This document shows positions 40,709-51,034 of a DNA stretch of 64,000 nucleotides, one piece after another. The notes below the pieces were generated by a model. That model searched no databases. It was given only the letters and a program-made list of their open reading frames with translations, and had not been told where the DNA came from. A program made the translations under genes and the position numbers. How positions within the stretch are numbered: position 1 is the stretch's first letter; each line of letters starts with the position of its first letter. This DNA is from Macrostomum lignano (taxonomy: Eukaryota), in the NCBI GenBank assembly GCA_002269645.1, contig NIVC01001262.1:62001-126000 (forward strand), written 5' to 3'.

Positions 40709-41914
40709 TGAACGAGCCGAAGATGGCGTCAGTCAACTGGCCAGACTGACTTCGGACTCTGAGCGGGGGATCGCGTCAGGAGACTTAATCAGCCCGTCCC
40801 TATTGCACAGATTAATTCGCGCCAGTCCCTCAAATAAGAAAGACACGCGACTCACTCTGTTTCTTCGGGTAACAGCGGTGGCGGCAGCAGGGGTGGCTTC
40901 TCTCAATGTTCTCTCTTCAGTCTATGGAATAGACAGGTATCTAGATTGCAGTATTAGACTTATGGCTGTGACTTGCACAATTCAACCCAAGGACGAAGCC
41001 TCCCCTACTGCCGCTCCTGCATATATTTATATTTGTGCTAGCTGGTTAAGCCCTGGGGTATCGCTACCCCAGGCCCAGCTGGCCAAAATTACGATCGTCT
41101 TATCCAACACGGAAAAATTTACAAGCCGGGGTCGCGATTGGAGGGGAGAGGAAACAAACCGATTGGCTGGACCACCAGCCAATCGCAGGGCGAGAGAGGG
41201 GGGCACTGGGGCCGCAGCCAGCCAAAGCCGGCTGGCCTAACAGGCAGTGGGGTGGGTGCAACTGGAGGGGGTTGACGCAGACAGAATGGGGGGTTGGCTC
41301 AGGCACGCGGCCGGGGGGGGGGTGGGAGTGCAGTGCCGGGCACACTTGACTAAGAGCCAGAGATTGCTCATCGGTGCAAGTGCACCCGGGCACAACAATA
41401 ATAAACCCGAAATATCAGAACTCCGAAAAACAAATGATGGCGACCTGAACGGAACCGACTCCAGCCTGCCAGCGATGCCATTGAACAGGCAGTGCAGCCA
41501 ATCAGCATACAGTTTGCTCGGTAATAAATGTCTGTATATCAAAGAGCCAGAAGCGGAACCTGCCGTCTCACCCAGTCGAAAGTCCAAGGATGTTCCACCA
41601 TCTGCTTCTGAGCTTCTGGCTGCTAGCATCGCTCGAAGTTCACGACTCGGCTGCTGAAAGCGCTCTGTGGCTGGAAACGGACGGTCAATGCGGAGCTGCT
41701 GAGCTGGTTGTGAGCAGCCGCAGCGTCCTGCTGTGCCTGTACCAGTGCTCGCTCCTGAGGTGGTGCGCCTGTGCTCGGTTCGCCGACTCCAAGTGCCACC
41801 TGATGCTGCCTGGTGACGCTGCGGTTTCACCAGCGGCTCGGCCCGTGTACAGCCGGCGGGGCTATACAAGTAAGCTGGCACTGCGAGCTGTCGGACCAAA
41901 GGCTTCTTGGGCTA

Positions 41915-42187
41915 ATACTAATACTAATGATTGATTACACCTGCCCCAATTGGGCCAGATGTGCAACTGACAGCTCAGCCGCAGCTATTGCGCAGCGCAT
42001 CTGAAGGCTGCGTACGGCTGTTCAGTGCAAGGACTGGGGGGTCGCCACACACAGCCTCAATTACCCCAGTTGCAGAGCAGAGTTAAATGTCTTCTCAAGG
42101 ACACAATTTTTTCCAGTGGGATCGGAAATCGAACCCCCAACCTTCAATTCGTGAGTCCGACGCCCCAACCACTAGGCTGCAAGCCCC
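41915..42187 (-). mobile_element. tRNA-derived SINE with a CORE-like central domain
   Basis: Minus strand: A-box-like cagcctagtgg, B-box ggttcgatttcc, then gtgtccttgagaagacatttaact (resembles the CORE/MIR core), and a short (ttagta)n tail. Confidence 0.65.
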
Positions 42188-42839
42188 TAAACCTGGGGTT
42201 TGTCGAGCAACCCCCGCTCACGAGTGTCCCCAAATCACGGAGGGGGCAAGCCTGACGATGACAAAAATAATAGAAAGTCGGGGCCGCTGTACACTGGGTG
42301 TTTGTGCCCGAGTTCGTATCTGTGTGAGTCTGTGTGTGCTCAGTGGCTTGCCTACTTGCTTATTGTCTTAATTTGTGACAAAGTCCAACCCGACAAAAAC
42401 AGCTGGGATGCAGCACTGCCGTTGCTACGGGCTAAGGAAACGCATATTCACCATTTCTTAGTTCCCGCCAGCTAGTAATACATGCATTGGCCACTCAAAA
42501 ACTGAGACTTAAAAGACTTAAAAGATCATTTGAGCCCTTGATTTCATGGGGGGGGGGCAGAGCAGTAGAAATGAATGGATGTTGTCAGAGCTTTTGTGAG
42601 AGGAACTCTTAATTCCCCGAGTCGGGGTCTCAAGCAACAGATTTTCGAAGCCATATGCCCGCTGTGCGGTTGGGGTGCTGGGTGCTAAAGTTAAAATGAA
42701 TTCCTGCCAATGAGTGATAGGTTGGGAATTATTAGTCATTCTTTACTTCATCACTATGCTATAGTAAATGATGGCAGAACTGTTGAGAGAACTGATCAAA
42801 TATACGGATATGCGGCGGGGGGATTTAGATACGGCCTTA

Positions 42840-43213
42840 ATTTTTTATTATTTTTTTTTTTTTAGAGGCAGGGGGGTTGTGTGCACCTTGGCGCAATTTA
42901 AGCGTCATTGGCACACAACCGGCGAGAGGCATTACTGCCCATTCCGCCGACTCCCCTGAGCAGGCATACAAGCGCGCGGATACGTTACGCAGGCACACAC
43001 TCACACAGGAGTGTACAGCGGCCCTAACTTTATCAATTGTTAGGCATGTACACTTCACTGCGCCTTGGGGGGGTTGGCTCTCAAGGCCGTTAATTGCACA
43101 AGCGAGCCAAGCGAAGATTCCAATCCAGCCCCAAATTAATGTGGCTGCACTTGGAATCGAGCCTGGGTCGCGGCACACCAGAGCAGCTGCGCTACCGCTG
43201 GGCTACGGCCCCC
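42840..43213 (-). mobile_element. tRNA-derived SINE with poly(A) tail and 14-bp TSD
   Basis: Head GGGGCCGTAGCCCAGCGG (A box) ... GGCTCGATTCC (B box); A-rich tail at 42840-42863; flanked by tagatacggcctta at 42826-42839 and 43214-43227. Confidence 0.88.
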
Positions 43214-43384
43214 TAGATACGGCCTTAGATATGGACTAGCAATCTACGCCCCCCGTTGGGGAGCCCAAGAAATGCAATACGTTTTTTTAATAAGCTGCAT
43301 GTAGCCTTGAAATCTTAAAAAATCCCCTGTCAAACTTCTAACCCTTAACTCTAACCATAACCCTAAATTTAATATTTTGTCCAT

Positions 43385-43668
43385 GAGTTTTTGCATGATG
43401 CTTCCATTTTTTGCATGACGCTTCCATGATTTTTGCATGACGCTTCCATGATTTTTACATGACGCTTCCATGATTTTTGCATGACGCTTCCATGATTTTT
43501 ACATGACGCTTCCATGATTTTTACATGACGCTTCCATGATTTTTGCATGACGCTTCCATGATTTTTACATGACGCTTCCATGATTTTTACATGACGCTTC
43601 CATGATTTTTACATGACGCTTCCATGATTTTTGCATGACGCTTCCATGATTTTTGCATGACGCTTCTA
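43385..43668. repeat. 22-bp minisatellite flanked by degenerate CCCTAA tracts
   Basis: catgacgcttccatgattttt(g/a) repeated. Confidence 0.9.
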
Positions 43669-44099
43669 TGATAAACATTTTTAATAAGCTACATGAGCTA
43701 AGTTATAAGCTACCCTAACCCTAGCCCTAACTCGAATCTTACCGCTATAACCCTGAACCTAACCCTAAACCTTAACCCTAACACCAACCCTACAGCCTGA
43801 CATCTGCATAAGTTTGTGAAGCGCTAGTAGTATTTTTTAGCTTAGTATCTTAGCGTTGGGGAGCCAAAAATGCAGTACAAGTTTTGTAATAAACTACATG
43901 TAGCATCTCTTTGCAATATACCTCAGCAGCCTTGGATATGGAGATACGGGAAAAATTGGTTGCAGTGGAGCTAAAATCACCCCAGACTGACGCTCCCGAG
44001 TTTCTCTTGACATTTGCAGCCTCGCCGCTCAAACTGCCGTTGTCCCGCTGCGAGCAGAGCTCCTTCTACTCTCCTTGGAACAACCTGTGCAGCGATGCC

Positions 44100-47000
44100 T
44101 GTAATGAAGTCAATTCGCTTATTCTGGAGTAAACTCAGTTGAGGCAAAACCCTCCACGCTCTGTATATTTTATAGGCCAAGGGGCACGGTGGCCCGCGCA
44201 TGTACATTACCGTACGTACTGCTAGCTAGGCTTACTAAACAAGCTCCACCCCTACCACGCGGCCCCACCCCATAAGTCATGACACTTTTCCCCTCTCAGA
44301 AGAAGTCCGCTTCCTATCAATCACAGCTCCCGAGTTTCGAGTAGGTCAGCTTCTCAGGTGGCCGTCGCCGGCGTGCAGGCTGCAGTCCGCAGGGCGTCTC
44401 TGGCGGCTCCGGCTCCGGGTGCTCCGCGCCGGTCCCGGTCGAGTCCGCAGCTTCAGCTGGCTCGGTCCCGGCTGCCGGACCGTCAGGTTTGTCGCTCTCA
44501 ACTCGCCGGCCCCGCAGTTGGTCGGCATGACGGCGCCAGGTCAGGCCGTCGCTCGTTTCGACTCGGAAGCTCAGCGGCCCAGTCTGCTCGAGAACTTTTG
44601 CTGGTTGCCAGGCCGCCGCATTAGGCCGGTAGTCCCTGGCCCAGGCCTCCGACCACGGCTCCTCCGGCAGCTCCCGCGACCGCCGGTCGTGCTGTCGTTT
44701 CTGGGCAGATTGCTCCCGCAGTACTCGATCCCGGGCTGACGGCCGCAGCAAGTCCATTCGAGTCCGGAGCTGCCGCTTCAGGAAGAGCTCCGCTGGTGTC
44801 CGACCGGTCGTTGGGTGCGGGCTAGCTCGGTAGCCCAGCAGCCAGTTGCACAGGCGGATGTCGAGGTCCGGCTGACTGCTCCGTGACGCCTCCATGGCCA
44901 TCTTGAACGACTTCACCAGCCGTTCCACCAGTCCGTTGGTCTTGGCGTGATATGGACTGCTTCTTGTGTGGCGAATTCCATTTGCTTTGCAGAAATCGCT
45001 AAATCCTTGACTGATGAATGCTGGACCATTGTCCGATACCAGTTCTCTCGGCAGGCCCCATTGTGCAAACAACACTCGCAGCTTGCGAACCAGCTCGGCC
45101 GATTCGAGTGTTGACACGGCCTCCACATGCGGCCACTTTGAGTGCGCGTCGACTACGAGGAGAAACTGGCGGCCTCGAACCGGCCCGGCAAAGTCAACGT
45201 GGATGCGGTCCCAGGGCTGGTCTGGCCACACCCAGGGGTGCAGTGGAGCCAGCACCGGATGCAGCTTAACGGATTGGCAGGCTTGGCAGCTGCTGGCAAC
45301 CGACTCGATGTCAGAATCCATTCCTGGCCACCAGACGAAGGTTCTGGCGACACTTTTCATCCGGGCCATGCCGAAATGTTCCACGTGTAACTCGCGCAGA
45401 ACTCCAGGTCGCAACGCTTCCGGAACCAGCACGCGAGTTCCCCAGATCACGCAGCCGTCTTCCACGCTTAGTTCTAGTCGACGACGAAAGTAGGGCTCGA
45501 GCCGCGGCGGAACCGACTCTGGCCAGCCAGTCATTATCATCCGGAGAACATCTCGGAGCTCGTCATCCCGCTTCGTTGCTGCCGCTACATCCGCCGCCGT
45601 CAATGGAAACTCGCCCGTCAGCTGACAGACCCGATCGTCGTCGTCTGGGCTGTCGTCCTTCATCTGCAGGGGCAAGCGAGACAGGCCGTCTGCGTTGCTG
45701 TGCTGAGCAGTCTTGCGGAACCGGATGCTGTAGCTGTACCCTGACAGCAGCAGTGCCCATCTCTGAAGTCGCCCTGCTGCAGTCGGCGAGATGCCAACCT
45801 TCGGTCCGAAAATCGTCGTCAACGGCTGATGATCCGTAATTATCGTGAAGCTCCGGCCGAACAGGTACTGGTGGAACCACTTGATGGCGAACACGATAAC
45901 GAGGGCTTCTTTCTCAATTTGCGAGTAATTTCGCTCCGCTGCTGACAGCGTCCTTGAAGCAAAAGTCACCGGCCGTTCCGAGCCGTCCTCCATCGTGTGG
46001 GACAGCACCGCGCCGATGCCGACCGATGAAGCATCCGCGGCCACCACCACTGGAAGCTGCTCGTTGAAATGCGTCAGCACGCTGTCCGAACTCAGTTCTT
46101 GCTTAAGATGGTCCCAGGCTCGGTCCTCCGTCTCAGCCCACCGCCAGTCCGTCTCCTTCCTCAACAGTTGATACAGAGGAGCAGCGATCGTGGAGAAGTC
46201 CTTGACATGTCGAGCATAGTAGTTTGCGAGGCCCAAGAATGATCGCAGCTCTGATACTGTCGCTGGCTTCGGGCTGTTGACTATTGCTTCCACCTTCTGA
46301 GGCAGCTTCTTGACTCCGTCCTTGCTCAGCAACGAGCCCAGGTATTCGACTTCTTCTTGCAGAAATTTGCACTTGATTCGCTTCAGCCGCAAGCCCGCCG
46401 CTCTCAGCCTGGTCAGTACCTCTCGAAGCGCTGCTAGGTGCTCACTCATTGACGGACCGGAGACCAGGATGTCATCAATGCGACAACAGACTCCCGGCAC
46501 GCCCTTCAAAAGTGTTTCCATCAGCCTCTGGCAAATCGCAGGAGCCGAACTGACGCCAAATGGCAACCGGAGGTACTCGAAAAGCCCTTTATGCGTGTTG
46601 ATGGTCGTCAGCTTGCAGCTCTCTTCGTCGAGTGGAAACTGAAGATAACATTGTGACAGATCGAGTTTTGAGAACAGCTGACCCCGTCCCATCTGCTCGT
46701 AAAGCTCTTCAGGCGTAGGCAGCGGGTACTGGTCGATGTGGAGCTGAGGGTTCAACGTCAGTTTATAGTCGCCGCACAGTCGGACTGAGCCGTCCGCCTT
46801 GAGTACCGGAACCACTGGCGTAGTCCACTCACTGTAGGTCACCGGGCGGATGATCCCTTTGTTGAGCATGTCCTGGAGCTCGAGCTCAAGCTTGTCCCGC
46901 ACTGCGAATGGCACGGGTCTGGCCTTGCAGAATCGAGGCTGTGCGTCACTTTTAAGTCTCAGTGCGACTGTCTGATCCTTCAACTGCCCCAGGCTCTCGT

Positions 47001-48393
47001 CGAAAACATCAGCGAACTCCTCCAGCATCTGGTCGAGAGGCCCGCTGTTCTGCGCCGGCGCCTGGCTGATCTGGTTGGCAAACAACTGAGTCCAGTTGAG
47101 TCGCACTTTTTCCAGCCAATTGCGTCCTAGCAATGGGCAGGCTCCGGTCTGACTGGTGACCACCAGCGGCAGCTTATCATGCTGTCTTCCGTCGTAGTTG
47201 ACCCTGACCTCGGCTGTTCCCTTGACTTGTATTGGCTCGCCCGTCCAGGTCCGGAGTCGCAGGCGTGTTGGTGTCAGCGGAGGTCGGCCGAGCTGCTTCC
47301 ACACCGACTCCGGTACGAGGCTGACGCAGGCACCGGTGTCCAGCTGCATGGTGAGGGGCTGGTCATTCACCAGCAGGCTTACGCTGATCTTCTTGGCCGA
47401 AGCAGTGACTTGCGAAATCCAGCCAGTTGCTGCTTCCTCCTCCTCTTCCGTTTGCATTGCGTGCGCTGGTCCGTTCTCTGGCCGTCCGGCTTTCGTTGTT
47501 CTGGAGGCTTTCTTGGCTGAGCGGCAAACTTTCTGCAGGTGTCCAACTTTCCCGCAGTTGTGGCACTTTGCGGTCCTGAAGTGGCAGGCTGCCGACAGGT
47601 GGCCTTTCAATCCGCACCTGTAGCACGCCTTCGAGTCTGGCGCTACCTGCTGGACTGAGCTGACGTCTGAGCTCGATTTCCACTGCTCCGTTTCCGACTT
47701 AGCAATCTCCGCCGCGAGGGCAATTTTCTTGGCCGCATCCAGCGTGAGCTTCTCCTCCATCAGGAGTCGCTGCTGGGTCCGCTGGTCCCGAAGACCGCAG
47801 ACGAAACAGTCTCGGAGAGCTTCTTCTCGAAACCCCCCGAACTCGCACGAATCGGCCAGATTCCGCAGCGCAGCCAGAAATTGAGCAGCCGTCTCTCCGT
47901 CCTTTTGTGCTCGCTTGTAGAACTTGAACCGTTCAGCGATTACTGGCTTCTTCGGTTTGAAGTACTTTTGAAGGTGCTCGGTGAGGGCGCTGTATTGCAG
48001 ATCTGTTGGCTTGGTCGGACTGCAGAGATCCCGCAGGACTGCGTAGCATCGTTCGCCAATCAATGTCAGAAACACTGCCTTCTTCTTGTCGTCGCCTTCT
48101 ATGCCGTTTGCAAGCATGTAAGAGTCCATTCGCTCTTGATAGGCGTCCCAATCTTTGCCTTCCTCGTAAGGCTCTAGTTGTCCAACTGAAGCCATTCTCG
48201 TCGCCAATTGTAATGAAGTCAAGTCGCTTATTCTGGAGTAAACTCAGTTGAGGCAAAACCCTCCACGCTCTGTATATTTTATAGGCCAAGGGGCACGGTG
48301 GCCCGCGCATGTACATTACCGTACGTACTGCTAGCTAGGCTTACTAAACAAGCTCCACCCCTACCACGCGGCCCCACCCCATAAGTCATGACA
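44100..48393 (-). mobile_element. Complete Ty3/gypsy (Mag-type) LTR retrotransposon, 4294 bp
   Basis: 185-bp LTRs at 44100-44284 and 48209-48393 (TG...CA, 1 mismatch); TSD ATGCC at 44095-44099 and 48394-48398; PBS TGGCGACGAGAATGG (matches a tRNA-Ser(GCU) 3' end as I recall it); PPT GAGAGGGGAAAAG. Confidence 0.97.
44317..48195 (-). CDS. Single gag-pol ORF, 1292 aa (Gag, 2x CCHC, protease, RT, RNase H, integrase)
   Basis: CYRCGLKGHLSAAC and CHNCGKVGHLQKVC knuckles, QLDTGAC protease, RIDD RT motif, ADASSVGIGAVL RNase H, HHCC and D(FAGP)..D(NG)..E integrase; uninterrupted; the ATG at 48195 lies within the PBS. Confidence 0.97.
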   Translation of the reverse strand: MASVGQLEPYEEGKDWDAYQERMDSYMLANGIEGDDKKKAVFLTLIGERCYAVLRDLCSPTKPTDLQYSALTEHLQKYFKPKKPVIAERFKFYKRAQKDGETAAQFLAALRNLADSCEFGGFREEALRDCFVCGLRDQRTQQRLLMEEKLTLDAAKKIALAAEIAKSETEQWKSSSDVSSVQQVAPDSKACYRCGLKGHLSAACHFRTAKCHNCGKVGHLQKVCRSAKKASRTTKAGRPENGPAHAMQTEEEEEAATGWISQVTASAKKISVSLLVNDQPLTMQLDTGACVSLVPESVWKQLGRPPLTPTRLRLRTWTGEPIQVKGTAEVRVNYDGRQHDKLPLVVTSQTGACPLLGRNWLEKVRLNWTQLFANQISQAPAQNSGPLDQMLEEFADVFDESLGQLKDQTVALRLKSDAQPRFCKARPVPFAVRDKLELELQDMLNKGIIRPVTYSEWTTPVVPVLKADGSVRLCGDYKLTLNPQLHIDQYPLPTPEELYEQMGRGQLFSKLDLSQCYLQFPLDEESCKLTTINTHKGLFEYLRLPFGVSSAPAICQRLMETLLKGVPGVCCRIDDILVSGPSMSEHLAALREVLTRLRAAGLRLKRIKCKFLQEEVEYLGSLLSKDGVKKLPQKVEAIVNSPKPATVSELRSFLGLANYYARHVKDFSTIAAPLYQLLRKETDWRWAETEDRAWDHLKQELSSDSVLTHFNEQLPVVVAADASSVGIGAVLSHTMEDGSERPVTFASRTLSAAERNYSQIEKEALVIVFAIKWFHQYLFGRSFTIITDHQPLTTIFGPKVGISPTAAGRLQRWALLLSGYSYSIRFRKTAQHSNADGLSRLPLQMKDDSPDDDDRVCQLTGEFPLTAADVAAATKRDDELRDVLRMIMTGWPESVPPRLEPYFRRRLELSVEDGCVIWGTRVLVPEALRPGVLRELHVEHFGMARMKSVARTFVWWPGMDSDIESVASSCQACQSVKLHPVLAPLHPWVWPDQPWDRIHVDFAGPVRGRQFLLVVDAHSKWPHVEAVSTLESAELVRKLRVLFAQWGLPRELVSDNGPAFISQGFSDFCKANGIRHTRSSPYHAKTNGLVERLVKSFKMAMEASRSSQPDLDIRLCNWLLGYRASPHPTTGRTPAELFLKRQLRTRMDLLRPSARDRVLREQSAQKRQHDRRSRELPEEPWSEAWARDYRPNAAAWQPAKVLEQTGPLSFRVETSDGLTWRRHADQLRGRRVESDKPDGPAAGTEPAEAADSTGTGAEHPEPEPPETPCGLQPARRRRPPEKLTYSKLGSCD

Positions 48394-49456
48394 ATGCCAT
48401 CGACGGCAACCTCGTGCAGACTTTCCCGACCTGCTTCTGCAGCGCCGAAGGGGCCAACCAGTGGTGGGAGCTGCTGGCACAGCCGATGAGGTCTTCATCA
48501 CTGAGGTGACGCTGTACAACCGCGGCGACTGCTGCCCGGAGCGACTCAACAACTTCGTCATCTCCGTGGACGGCGTCGCCTGTGTGGACTTCGTCACCTC
48601 AACCGCCTTCTTGGTGCGGAACTTCAGCTGCAACAGGCGCGGCCGCAGCCGGCTAAATGAATTCTTCACCATCTGCGAGGTGGTCGCCTACGGCTAAATG
48701 TGACCGACAGCTCGGAATGAATCGAGGAAAACTTTATAACACGACGGTTCACGAAGTTTTGACTAATAAACAAGATCTACCAGGCTCTGAAGACATTGAT
48801 ATCAAAATGGTATCGAAATATTATTCACGCACTGTCTTGTCTTGTTGGAAAAATCGATAATACGTGTAGCGTAGCAAATCTGATGAGAAATGGGCTGGGT
48901 AGCGCTATTCTTGCGAAACTACTCAAACTATGGGCTAGTCTGGGTGCCGCTATTCCTGCCTACCTACTCAAACTATGGTGCTGGGCTGGGTGCCGCTATT
49001 CCTGCCAACCTACTCAAACTACATGTATAAGCTAGTCTGGGTGCCGCTATTCCTGCCAACCTACTCAAACTATGGTGCTGGGCTGGGTGCCGCTATTCCT
49101 GCCAACCTACTCAAACTATGGGCTAGTCTGGGTGCCGCTATTCCTGTCAACCTACTCAAACTATGGGCTAGTCTGGGTGCCGCTATTCCTGTCAACCTAC
49201 TCAAACTATGGGCTAGTCTGGGTGCCGCTATTCCTGTCAACCTACTCAAACTATGGGCTAGTCTGGGTGCCGCTATTCCTGCCTACCTACTCAAACTATG
49301 GTGCTGGGCTGGGTGCCGCTATTCCTGCCAACCTACTCAAACTACATGTATAAGCTAGTCTGGGTGCCGCTATTCCTGCCAACCTACTCAAACTATGGTG
49401 CTGGGCTGGGTGCCGCTATTCCTGCCAACCTACTCAAACTATGGGCTAGTCTGGGT

Positions 49457-49754
49457 CATACATGCGCAACCTCTAAAATTCGGTCGGCCATGCGACTTAG
49501 TTTTAACAAAAATGCGACGTAGTTTTTGGCCAAAAATGCGACTTACATGTAAAAAAAACGTAATGCAAAATTAACGCAACTTTGGGTAAACGGCAGGAGT
49601 AACTATGACTGTCTTATTGAGTCAAATTGCCTCGTCAGCTACTTAGTACTACTACTTAGGTATTTTTTCGGGTGGGCATTTTTGCGACTTCCTTGGTTGG
49701 CCGCCAAATCGGTCGGCCGGATCGGCCGACTCGGCCAACTGTTGCGCATGTATG
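49457..49754. mobile_element. 298-bp MITE, hAT- or P-like by TSD length
   Basis: Perfect 14-bp TIRs catacatgcgcaac / gttgcgcatgtatg; 8-bp TSD gtctgggt at 49449-49456 and 49755-49762; repeated subterminal tgcgac motifs. Confidence 0.9.
49584..49647 (+). other. Diverged 28S (LSU) rRNA-like fragment inside the MITE; not an rRNA gene
   Basis: gggtaaacggcaggagtaactatgactgtcttattgagtcaaattgcctcgtcagctacttagt versus the conserved LSU GGGTAAACGGCGGGAGTAACTATGACTCTCTTAAGGTAGCCAAATGCCTCGTCATCTAATTAGT recalled from memory: about 56 of 66 columns by hand alignment. Confidence 0.8.
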
Positions 49755-51034
49755 GTCTGGGTGCCGCTATTCCTGTCAACCTACTCAAACTATGGGCTAG
49801 TCTGGGTGCCGCTATTCCTGTCAACCTACTCAAACTATGGGCTAGTCTGGGTGCCGCTATTCCTGTCAACCTACTCAAACTATGGGCTAGTCTGGGTGCC
49901 GCTATTCCTGCCTACCTACTCAAACTATGGTGCTGGGCTGGGTGCCGCTATTCCTGCCAACCTACTCAAACTATGGGCTAGTCTGGGTGCCGCTATTCCT
50001 GTCAACCTACTCAAACTATGGGCTAGTCTGGGTGCCGCTATTCCTGTCAACCTACTCAAACTATGGGCTAGTCTGGGTGCCGCTATTCCTGTCAACCTAC
50101 TCAAACTATGGGCTAGTCTGGGTGCCGCTATTCCTGCCTACCTACTCAAACTATGGTGCTGGGCTGGGTGCCGCTATTCCTGCCAACCTACTCAAACTAC
50201 ATGTATAAGCTAGTCTGGGTGCCGCTATTCCTGCCTACCTACTCAAACTATGGTGCTGGGCTGGGTGCCGCTATTGCTGCCAACCTACTGAAACTACGAG
50301 CGTATGGTGCTGGGCTGGGTGCCGCTATTCCTGCCTACCTACTCAAACTATGGTGCTGGGCTGGTTGCCGCTATTCCTGCCAACCTACTCAAACTATGGT
50401 GCTGGGCTGGGTGCCGCTATTCCTTCCTACCTACTCAAATGATTGCTTCTGTCCTGGCATGCATAATGAGAACTCGCAGCCAGCCTGCGCCCTGCGTCCA
50501 AGTAACCACGGAGTTCTACGAGTAAAAATTGCAGCAGAAGTGGAGGCTGGGCAAAACTTCGTGACGAATTTATCAGATGAGGCTAGGGAAAGAAGTGCGA
50601 AATCCTATGTTTTTGCCTGCATGTAACTCTTTGTGCTTATCAAAGCATGCTTCCCTTGTTTTCGGCTTTTAGTTTTCAAAAAAGTGGAACCAAAGCGAGT
50701 TGTACAGTGGTTTAATTACACCATAGACACCACACAAGGACACAGCCGGACTATGCAATTCCCATTTTGCATTGTTCCTCTTAGCCCGAAGAAAGCAGTT
50801 ATCCTTCGGTCTTCCTAGGCTTAGAAGAAGCCTTCTACTTCGTAATAGCGCTAAAAGGAAGCCATTAGACAACTGAACGCAGCCATTGTTGGCGCCCGGT
50901 AACTAGGATAAACAAACAGACAACGCATCAAATGAGCGTTGTCGCTAATTAAATTGCATTAAATCATTACATATAAATTCAATGATGCGTAACGCTTTTT
51001 CTCTGCATTTTGATTGCTTTAAATGCTTTAAGTG

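Larger units (their letters stand above)
41590..48697 (+). pseudogene. Secreted PAN/apple + F-type (fucolectin) lectin gene disrupted by an LTR retrotransposon; exons 41590-41869 and 44020-44099 + 48399-48697
   Basis: Exon 1: signal peptide MFHHLLLSFWLLASLEV... and a PAN-like Cys pattern SVLLCLYQCSLLRWCACARFADSKCHL; donor A|gtaagc and acceptor ttgcag are both phase 1. With the LTR element removed the exon reads CEQSSFYSPWNNLCSDA-IDGN...CFCS...NQWWE...FITEVTLYNRGDCCPERLNNF...TICEVVAYG*, the F-type lectin fold. One -1 frameshift near 48470-48478. Confidence 0.85.
48935..50430. repeat. 45/46-bp minisatellite with higher-order variants, split by a MITE
   Basis: ctgggtgccgctattcctgtcaacctactcaaactatgggctagt and variants. 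Confidence 0.95.

Noticed and set aside
43135-43213. tRNA-like sequence with A and B boxes
   Set aside because: It is the head of a SINE with poly(A) tail and TSD; I could not form a full cloverleaf.
49584-49647. 28S rRNA gene
   Set aside because: Only ~64 nt, diverged at highly conserved positions and enclosed in TIRs; reported as a captured fragment instead.
48935-50430. Regularly spaced repeats resembling a CRISPR array
   Set aside because: No unique spacers, no cas genes, eukaryotic context; the only unique insert is the MITE.
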